Shown here: one piece after another, positions 63,037-64,000 of the stretch
Position numbering within the stretch: the first letter of the stretch is position 1
Layout of the letters: every line of letters begins with the position of its first letter
Assembly: GCA_010015805.1 (NCBI GenBank)
Contig: ML978121.1
Location: forward strand, 744,001 to 808,000
Reading direction: 5' to 3'
DNA: 64,000 nucleotides
From: Rhizodiscina lignyota
Taxonomy: Eukaryota
Program-made: the position numbers and the translations under genes
Notes under the pieces: generated by a model
Told to the model about the DNA's origin: nothing
What the model saw: only the letters and a program-made list of their open reading frames with translations
Databases searched by the model: none

Positions 63037-64000
63037 TTGAGATTGTCCAAGCCGTCGAGAGCCCTCAACCTGTCCATCAAGATGAACGAATCGTACAGGC
63101 ATTTTGCCGAGAGACAGCAAAAACGTAATCCGAGTCTTGAAACCCTACTACAATTTCTTGCAACTGCGAGTTCAAGAACCAGCACATGCCGCATCATCAG
63201 CCTAGACTTCTACAACGATACTTTGAGTCCTCGACAGCGAGAGATTCAGGTCGAAAGACTTGCTCATCTACTGGGTGATCAGGGAGATGGATTCGTTGGA
63301 CGGTTCGTAATCTGCGAGGATTTGGACCCTTTGATCATTGAATGGTTAGGAACGGCACTGCAAATTGACCCAATGTTCTTCGCGGCCCACATACACCACA
63401 CTTCTGTTGGTCCAGGCTCCGATCCGCCTTCTTTGGTCACACTGTCTTCAATCTTGCATGCCAAAGAGTTTGTAAACTTACACTTCCATCGTGTCATCGA
63501 GTTCCAAGACGCACCGCCCAATCGACGAATGTTCCAGACATCCATTGTGCCACGGAAGATAATGGCAGTGCGAGTTACTGGAAACAAATGGCTGGGCCTT
63601 GAGCAACACTGCTGTTCAATATTGAGAGTCTCGTCGCAGAGCATCCCATGGCTATGTATGCAAGATATTTTTTAGGTTCAGCGTCAGTCATAGACTAATA
63701 ACTCCTAGACTTGATTCTTGTTGATCCTCCTTCCACTAACGCTATTGCTAAGGGCCACAGGGACAAGAGTTGTTCATCACCGACGAGTGTTCGCATACGT
63801 CCATTCCAAGGCGGATACGAGGATTTCCTCCCAGCTCAGCTACCCGACCAGCGAGACAGTGATATTGGGCCAGGGCGTCACTCAATGCTTGATGACATTG
63901 CCTATTACTGGACCAGGGCGCCTCAGTTGCACTTCAGGCGCGACTCTCCTACTCTTCTTTCCGCGTGCTATATACCGCTGCATCTTGTAGCCTCGGAATG
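63037..64000 (+). CDS. Fungal CorA-like protein, N-terminal part (runs off the window, start uncertain)
   Basis: ICEDL....IE.LG..L.IDP.FFA.HI. Intron 63656-63708 continues into YLILVDPP, PFQGGYEDF, SMLDDIAYYW and PLHLVASEW, with the frame open to the window end. These motifs are recalled from divergent fungal CorA-like proteins. The diagnostic TM/GMN region lies outside the window. Confidence 0.65.

Overview
Eukaryotic fungal chromosome segment (filamentous ascomycete, Pezizomycotina), judged from short GT..AG introns with CTRAC-like branch points and the gene content. The supplied ORF track ignores splicing and uses GTG/TTG starts, so gene models were rebuilt by hand. About 23 protein-coding genes are supported. 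All family calls come from motif recognition and recalled consensus sequences, not database searches. The conserved core comprises a CorA-family transporter, DNF3-like flippase, peroxisomal 4CL-like acyl-CoA ligase, DHA2 MFS pump, SCC3, ureD, a CCDC137-like gene, AIM6, TFC3, OAC1 and OHCU decarboxylase. Two accessory-looking blocks interrupt it. (1) 12.2-19.5 kb is a partly decaying stress/spore-type block: a frameshifted sulfite-oxidase-like gene, caleosin, HHE hemerythrin, a hidden TPS1-like pseudogene and an FHA-less Chk2-like kinase. (2) 53-64 kb is a mostly intron-less island: an ankyrin protein, a divergent sugar porter / atypical argininosuccinate-lyase-like pair, and a RelA/SpoT-type (small alarmone synthetase-like) gene directly followed by a CorA-like membrane protein. 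The RelA/SpoT + CorA-like tandem is the best candidate for an undescribed system, a possible nucleotide second-messenger/membrane-effector module. No rRNA, tRNA or CRISPR array was found.
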